Origin: the human T2T-CHM13v2.0 reference genome, Homo sapiens
Length of the DNA: 64,000 nt
NCBI RefSeq assembly: GCF_009914755.1
Contig: NC_060935.1
Strand: one strand, 5' to 3'
In this document: in pieces, positions 56,331 to 64,000 of the stretch
How the letters are laid out: every line of letters begins with the position of its first letter
Position numbering within the stretch: the first letter of the stretch is position 1
The notes under the pieces: model-generated
Told to the model about the DNA's origin: nothing
Seen by the model: only the letters and a program-made list of their open reading frames with translations
The model's database searches: none
Made by a program: the position numbers and the translations under genes

Positions 56331-57517
56331 TGTTACCCTATCCTGTGGCTTGTCAGAAAGAGAGATAAGAATGGCAACATGAACACCTCTTTGGATAGAA
56401 AGGGGGCATGAGGCAAGAGCTGAGGACTTGGGAACAAAGGGCCTGGATTTAATACAAACTGCCTCAGGTAAGCTGAGTCACTTAGGGCCAGTCATTCCCC
56501 CCTTCCAACTCTTTTCTATCTGTTTAACAGCAACAGCAGTAGCCACCTCCCCCACCATCACTACCACCACCATGATCAGTATCATCCTCACAAGTGACTC
56601 AGGAAGTGAAGTCCCACTGGGGCCTATGTCCTGTGCTCTTCTGGGGCATAAGAATCTGTTGCAACAGTTATGTCGTGTGATTTATCAGGAAGGAAGACCA
56701 CATGCATGAGGCTGGATTGAAAGAGGAATTTCTGAGACGAGACTGGAAGCCAAGTTGCCAGGAAGCCAGGGAACTGAGTAAACACTTGTATAAAATCTGA
56801 CTTCACTGTTTCCACAAACCTAACCAAAGTGCTGAGGAACTTGTCAGCTCACATTTCAATACAGGGCTGGTTGTTGAGTGCAGGGCATGTTGATTTAAGC
56901 TGCTTTCATTAAATCCTGTTCTTGGTGCCAAACAGCAAGACACTCATCTCAGGGAATAGACAGTGTTCCCTCCTAGGAGGCAGCAGGCAGCAGGGGCCCA
57001 TCTCTACCAACCCAAGAACCCAGAACCAATGCTGATGGTGCAAGGATCACTTGGGATTTGTCCTTTGGCCTGCAGCTCCTGATGGGAGGGACTGGGCAGT
57101 GTCTGTGCCAGCTCTGCCATGCCAGGCAGCAAGCAGCATAAGCAAGATGACTTGAGCTACCGTTTGTCTAGGGTGTGAGCTGTGCCAGATACTACAAGAA
57201 CTACTTTGCCCAAATTTCCTCACCTAATCCTCACAGTGATTCCATAAAGTAATTTTACCTAAGGGAAAATTAAGGGTTAGAGGGTTAAGCCACATGATGA
57301 AGCCATTCAACGAGTGGGGAGCAACTCTTCCCCCAAAAAACCCAGTGCCTGTTCTGCTGCCCTGTAGCTAACTCCCTAAACAGAAAGATAGTTTCTTGGC
57401 TCTAGTGAATCCAGGCAACGAGGCATTCCTTGCATAGCTTCACTGCAAAAACTCAATAGCTTTAAAACAGCTTTCACTCAATGAAAGTGCCCTTGGAAGG
57501 GAGGTGGTAGAAAGACA

Positions 57518-57715
57518 TTAAGTGCTTACTGTATGACAGACACTGTTCTACGTGCATACCAAAACGATGTACTTTAATGATTACATAACCCGCTGAGGCA
57601 GGTACTATTACTATCTCCATTTTTCAGATAAGGAAACTGAAGTCAAGAAAAGTGAGCTTTCTTGCCAAGGTCGCATGGTTAACATGTGGCAGAAGCAGGG
57701 TGGAACCCAGGCCAG
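57518..57715 (-). mobile_element. MIR SINE
   Basis: aggtactattactatctccatttttcagataaggaaactgaag...ttgccaaggtcgcatgg. Confidence 0.8.
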
Positions 57716-58299
57716 CAGTTCCTGCACAGCAGGGGCTGAGGAGAGAGAACAGTTGAAATGCCCTCATTCTCCTTCAAACCAGCTTCCAGAGGTGAAGTGA
57801 CAGCTGAGGAGGAACGTGGCCTGTGGAGAGTGCTGGAAAGCAGGCTGCCCCAGCGTGGGGCCAAGCCTTGACTCCCAGCTTCCTCCCTCACCAGCATGGC
57901 TCATGCAAGTCACGGCCACTCCTCTAGCCTCATCACAGGAACAGGGGCAATACCGTACCTGTCATCCCAACCTCACAGGGCTACTGTTGCGCAGGGTGTG
58001 TGTTGCCATGTGAAACATCTTTGTATGCTATGGGACACTCAACAAACGCCAATTGTTTTCACTATTACAATACTTTTAAAGCTGCCTTTTATATTCCTGG
58101 CCTTGTGGCAATCATGAGACCCTTCTAGTCATTTATAGGATAGAGATTTAAAAATTAGAATCTATATTTCTGAAAGGGATTTCATCTTCCATCTTATAAT
58201 CAAATGTCTTTGTTAATATCAAGTGCTCTACCAATGAGTGTTTTAATCATCATCATAACAACAGCTAACAACTATTGAGCTCATATAATGGGCCAAATC

Positions 58300-58605
58300 T
58301 TTTTTTCTTTTCTTTTTTTTTTTTTGAGATGGAGTCTCACTCTGTTGCCCAGGCTGGAGTACAGTGGCACGATCTCAGCTCACTGCAACCTCTGCCATCC
58401 GGGTTCAAGAGATTCTCCGCCTCAGCCTCCTGAGTAGCTGGGATTACAGATGCTTGTCATTGCGCCCGGCTAATTTTTGTAGTTTTAGTGGAGACGGGGT
58501 TTCACCATCTTGGCCAGGCTGGTCTTGAACTCCTTGACATCATGATCTACCCACCTCGGCCTCCCAAAGTGCTGGGATTACAGGCGTGAGCCACTGTGCC
58601 CAGGC
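58300..58605 (-). mobile_element. Full-length Alu (AluS-like) inserted in a MIR
   Basis: T-tail and both arms present; MIR-like sequence on both sides. Confidence 0.94.
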
Positions 58606-59949
58606 TTTCATTTTCTTAAATAATTCTCACTATAACTCCAGAAGGTAGGTACTATCATTATCTCCATTTTATAGCTTCAAAGGGTAAAGTAACTTGCCCA
58701 AAATTATAATTAGTAAGTAGCAGGGCCAAGATTTGAAACCCCCAAAAAAAGATTTGAACCCAGGTCTGTCTGACTCAGGGACTTTCCTCATCACATGGTT
58801 CTCTCTTGCCTTTGCACATGAGGACAGATACGTGTTTGACACCAGTTACGGGGAGTGGTATAGCCAGGACTGAGGAAAGGGAGATCTCATAATTCTATTC
58901 AAAGTCCCTTCTAATAGTTCGGTTGTTTCCGTTTACTGAGCTAACTAAAGAATACTTAGTAATCTCATCCAAAGTTATACGTACCTCCTCAGAGGCTGTG
59001 GGGTTTCATCAGGGATTAACAGTGCAAGACGCAGTTATATACCTATCATAAATTAGCTTTGTGGCCACATAATGAACAATGCAAGCCAGCGTAGCTTTAA
59101 GAGGACCATTTATTATATCGCTATAAACAGAGCTATATAAAAAGAATTATTCCTAAGACCCTGCACATCTGTGCTTACAATCATGCCTTTACATGAGCTT
59201 TGCAAACAAGGATAAAAGTCCAATTTAGACTGTGTATTGAACATCAATTCTCTATTCAACAGGGAAAGGTAATTCAAAGTATCCCAAAGGCATGAATGCT
59301 ACATGGATCTCATTTTTGCCAAAGGTCTCAGCCATCTTTCTTGGTCACAACCAGAACTGTTAATACACAACATAATGAGCTAATCTGATACTCACTTTGT
59401 TTAAACAGCGTGGAGTGCCGAGGAAAATGATTTTGAGTAAAAAAGCATAGCTGGAGATGCTATCACTTTTTAGCTTTTTGTCCCTGGGCAGGATCACTTA
59501 AAATTTTTCCAAGCCTTAGCTTCTTTATCAGTTAACTTATCTCCATTTTGTTGTTGTTGTTCCCCTCCCCTTTCCCAGAATGCACACTCTACGAAGGCAG
59601 GGGCTCTTTGGTCTCCATCCTCTCTGATTAGAAGAGTGCCTGGTATACTGTAGGGGCTCAGTAAGTATTTGCTGTTTAAAGTATTATGTAAATTGGTAAA
59701 ACATGGATAGCTGACACCTTTCTTGTAGGGTTTTTGTGCAGATTAAATGAGAGATGAGACGTGACCATAACCCACTATATACCTATACTGTGCTAGGTGA
59801 CTCACGTATGTTCCCATTTAATCTTCACTTTGAAAGGACCTGTAAATCATAGTGTTTTCAAACAGAAGGGTGCCAACATAATTATCCTTTGTACCTTATA
59901 TGTACAAACCCTGTGATGAACCAAATGCCATAATCAAGAACACATTCAA

Positions 59950-60190
59950 TCATGTGTTCATGCATTCATTTATCATTATTTATTGAGCAGGTGCTGTGGG
60001 TCAGGCCATGCTGAGTCCTGGGGCTGCAGAGGTGAACAAGACATGTTTGCTACCCTCATGGAGCTTAGTGACTAACAGAGCATTTGGCTAGAAGGGCAGG
60101 TGGGGGCCAGATCCCAAAGAACCCTAAACACTACACTGAGTTTGGACTTCATTCTGAGAAATGGGTGAAACTGAAGGGTTTGATGGCTGG
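59950..60190 (-). mobile_element. L2 LINE 3' fragment
   Basis: cattcatttatcattatttattgagcaggtgctgtgggtcaggccatgctgag...ccctcatggagcttag. Confidence 0.7.
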
Positions 60191-60633
60191 GACATTTATC
60201 CTATAAGGCCCACCCCTACAGAGCTTACCTAGGTACACTTTCCCTATGGCCTTGCCTCCAGGGATGATGTCTTAACATGAGATGAGAGTTCGGTGAAACA
60301 CATCTGTAATTATAAGCTCCATTGTTAAGGGGTAGTTTTGAATCTCAGGGCCACTACTATGGAAGGAATGATGTAAGGATGTAATTTTTGAATCCTCTCT
60401 TTGTCTAAGAGTAGAGGTGTTGAAGGCTAGAGTTCAGAGAAAGAGGAAAAGCACTCAGAGGCACGGGGAATGCATTGCTACGTGATTGGGAACAGTCACG
60501 TGATTGGTGACCATGTCACAGTGGAAATCCCCTCCCTCTACCCATGCTTCTTCTCCCCACCCTCCACACCCCACCCCTCATTCTTCCCCACCCCCACTCC
60601 TCCTCCACCCACCCTTCCTCCCCCTGCATTTAC

Positions 60634-60834
60634 CGATAGAACAGTCGTGTCCAGTCCAGCTTGGGTCACAGCTGCAAAGCCCGGTGTCCGGGAGGAAGGT
60701 TCCGTGGCCTGAACACTGGTCTAAGCATGTGGCCCTGGGGGTCTCGCAGTTGGTGCCTCCCCATCCCACAGAGCAGTGGCATTCGCCTCTCACGCAGACA
60801 CCCCGGCCTGAACATGTGGGGTCCATGCAGTCCA
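60634..60834 (-). CDS. TENM4: TENM4 coding exon, 201 nt, EGF repeats 4 and 5
   Basis: Acceptor CCATCTCACAG|TG, donor TCG|GTAAAT, phase 1-1. Reads (V)[66 protein letters not shown]. The second repeat has only 5 Cys (Phe codon at 60697-60695 replaces the third Cys), the teneurin EGF5 hallmark. Confidence 0.97.
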
Positions 60835-61349
60835 CTGTGAGATGGAGGAAGGAGAACATAGGTAAGCATCTGACCAGCAAAGGTGAGGCTTCTTTAAGCA
60901 AACTACTTAGCTTTGTGGCCAAGGGGCTTCATACATTCTGGCAGAAGGATGCATAGGTCACTTAGTAAGGTGAGAGCAGTACTGCGGCAAATGGCAGACC
61001 TGGCTTCCCAACTCCACCCAGGTAGAAATCCCTACCACTTCGTTTGTGGGGCAAAGTAAGAAATGTGTCTCAAGCATCAGCATAGCACTTCATGTCTACT
61101 AGATTCTGTTTCATTCACTTCTGAATCTCCACCTCCTAGAACATTGCCTAGCACACAGGAGGTGTTTAATAAGTCTTCATAGAATGAACTTTTATTATCA
61201 CTTCATAATGCAGGTTTATTTTTGTAGGCATGAGACTAAAATAGATTCCTTCATTTAAATGATAATTTATTTTTAATTAAATTCCATTAGATTTTATCAT
61301 CTTCCCCAAATTCTTGAGATTGATATGAACTTTCAAACTTCACTTTCCT

Positions 61350-61744
<395 letters not shown>

Positions 61745-62025
61745 TCACATAGTGGTGGCTCACAGCCAGGCAGCCCTTTAGTGCTCCCAGGGCCAAGGGT
61801 CAAAGTGGTCTCAGGAGACCAATCCAGAAAGAGGGAAGAGAGAGTAACATTGTGGGTTATCTGCTCTGTGCTTACACGCTAAGCACTTTATATACACTAT
61901 CAGATTCAGTTTTCTCAGTAACCCAGTGAGATACAGATGAGGAAACTGAGGCTCTGAGAGGTAAATAATTTATGCCAGATCACACAGCTAAACTCTGCCA
62001 GAGAGGAATTCTTTTCCTGATTTCT

Positions 62026-62689
62026 AAAATGGTGGTAAAATACACATACATAAAATTTACCACCTTAGCCACTGTTAAGTGTACAAGTCAGTGGTGTTAA
62101 GGACATGGATACTGTTGGGCAACCATCACCACTGTCTCCAGAACTCTTTTTATCTTGCAAAACTGAAACTCTGCACCCATTAAACAATTTCCTATTTCCC
62201 CTTTCCCTCAGCCCTCGACAACCACCATTCTATTTTCTATCTCTATGAATTTGACTACTCTAGGTACTTAATGTAAGTGGAATCATCCAGTATTTATCTT
62301 TTTGTGATGGCTTATTTCACTTGTCATAATACCTTCAAGGTTCATCCATGTTGTGGCACGGCCAGAATTTCCTTCCTTTTTAAGGCTGAATAATATTCCA
62401 TTATATGTTCATACCTCATTTTGTTTATCCATTCATACATCAACTGAAATTCAGGTTGCTTCCAACTTTTGGCTATTGTGAATAGGTTGCTATGAACACA
62501 GATATACAAATATCTCTTTGGGACTCTGCTTTCAATTCATTTGAGTATATGTCCAGAAAAGAAATTGCTGGATCATATGGTAAATTCTATTTTTGATTTT
62601 TTGAGGAACCATCATGCTGTCTTCCATAGTAGTTCTACCATTTTACATTCCCACCAGTAGTGCACAAGGGTTCCAATTACTCCACATCC
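62026..62689 (-). mobile_element. L1 3' end (L1MB-like), inserted in a MIR
   Basis: tggtaaaatacacatacataaaatttaccacc...gctgaataatattccatt...attgctggatcatatggtaa...cattcccaccagtagtgcacaagggttcc. Confidence 0.88.
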
Positions 62690-63739
62690 AGAATCTGAAG
62701 ACAGCTCTGTCTGATCCTGAGGCCAATATTTCTATCAGGGGCTGACTTTCCCTAATCAAAGCTTTAGTTATGGGGCTACAACAACATTAACAGAGACCTC
62801 TAATCTTCTGCAAAGCACTGCATGGAAAAGGAGAAGAGTACTGAGAATTAACTGAAGTGGCTCCAGTTCATATGGAAAGTGCAACAGGTGGCAGAGAGAA
62901 GACAGGATTGGTAAAGGAGGTCGATTCATGTTCTTTCTCTACCAAAAAGTTGTTAGGTCTATCTTTCTCTTTAGGGAGGTAGGGATGCTATTCATTTTAT
63001 AATTGTTAGGGGACGGTGGTATCCTGGGGAGAAGGGGCAACATGTAGCTGTTGGAGAAAGGGTGCTGATGACACTGTGATGAGTATGGTCAGGCCCCTCC
63101 TAATAGGAACTCACTAGGGAGCCCTATGCTGCAGAAGAAAAAGCTCTCCATTTGGCCTCAAGGGTCAAGGGACAAAATGTACTGGTTCTAGGTCCATGGT
63201 CCAATTACATAACTGCTCTGTGCTTCCCATCTATAAAGCAGGTATGGTAAAGATACTGACTACTGACTTCTCAGGTTGCTATGAGGAGCAAATGACATGA
63301 TGATTTGAAAGGACCGTATAAACTGTTGCAAAGAGGTTATCTTCCTATCCTATCAGGACATTCAGTAGCATAGCTTGGGGTAAACTATGGTCAGAGCTCA
63401 TTTTAATTCAGACATCCTTTAAATGTATTCATTAATTATATTTTGTAACCTGGTATATTTGACTTTTACATAAAAGACTGGGAAACCCAGGCTGGGTAGG
63501 TAAGAGTCACAGACACAAATGGGCAAAAACTTTACAAATGGCAATATTCTGGGAACATTTATTTTGAGAACTAGCTTATTAAGAAAGTTATTTTGCTATT
63601 TAGGGTCTTAAAGGTGTTCAAGCTAATAACCTAAATGATAAATAAGACGATCGGGGTTCAGGAGTGATCATTTGGTAATAACACAGTAATGATCACAATA
63701 ACAATCAACATTAACTTATTCCCTCTTCTCTGCCATATT

Positions 63740-63900
63740 TTGCTATTAAGCATTTCATGGACATTATCTCATTTAATCCTAACAATGTAAGTATGAGGTA
63801 GCTACTTTTATCATGTTCATTTGACAGCTGAGGAAACAGAAAGCACAGAGAAGTTAAATAACTTGCCCAAGATTACACAGTAGTATGGCAAATGGAAGAA
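63740..63900 (-). mobile_element. MIR SINE
   Basis: attatctcatttaatcct...gaggaaacagaaagcacagagaagttaaataacttgcccaagattacacag. Confidence 0.8.
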
Positions 63901-64000
63901 TTTAAATTTGAATCACCCTTTCCTGGTTAGGCCTCTTACCATTTCCCCTTACAATCTTACTGGTTCAGAAATACATGCATGCATATATACTTACATAAAC

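Noticed and set aside
60221-60240. Minus-strand TAG|GTAAGC as a recursive splice site
   Set aside because: No polypyrimidine tract upstream.
60470-60956. Pro/His-rich plus-strand ORFs
   Set aside because: Antisense shadow of the 201-nt exon plus the C-rich tract.

Overview
Primate (very likely human) genomic DNA lying entirely inside a large minus-strand gene, teneurin-4 (TENM4/ODZ4). Five coding exons can be placed exactly using GT-AG sites and a continuous frame: 60834-60634 (201 nt), 42363-42178 (186 nt), 33915-33889 (27-nt microexon, AHYLDRVVK), 26425-26279 (147 nt) and 12308-12092 (217 nt). They encode EGF repeats 4-8 and the following cysteine-rich region. About 99% of the window is intron, rich in Alu, MIR, L2, old L1 and hAT DNA transposons, and nearly all of the ORF track is noise. 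Best leads: (1) a candidate 16-nt 'poison' microexon (33295-33280) with strong splice sites, 593 nt downstream of the 27-nt microexon, reading E-K-A-stop; (2) a composite templated duplication (47-nt inverted plus 21-nt direct copy) at 30607-30677 versus 32007-32131; (3) a 54-nt direct duplication at 6770/8060; (4) inverted Alus around a stop-free, phase-symmetric exon (circRNA candidate); (5) an identical in-frame 17-nt stretch in two exons; (6) plus-strand splice signals suggesting an antisense transcript. Repeat family names and boundaries are by eye and approximate. No database was searched, so novelty is not established for any finding.
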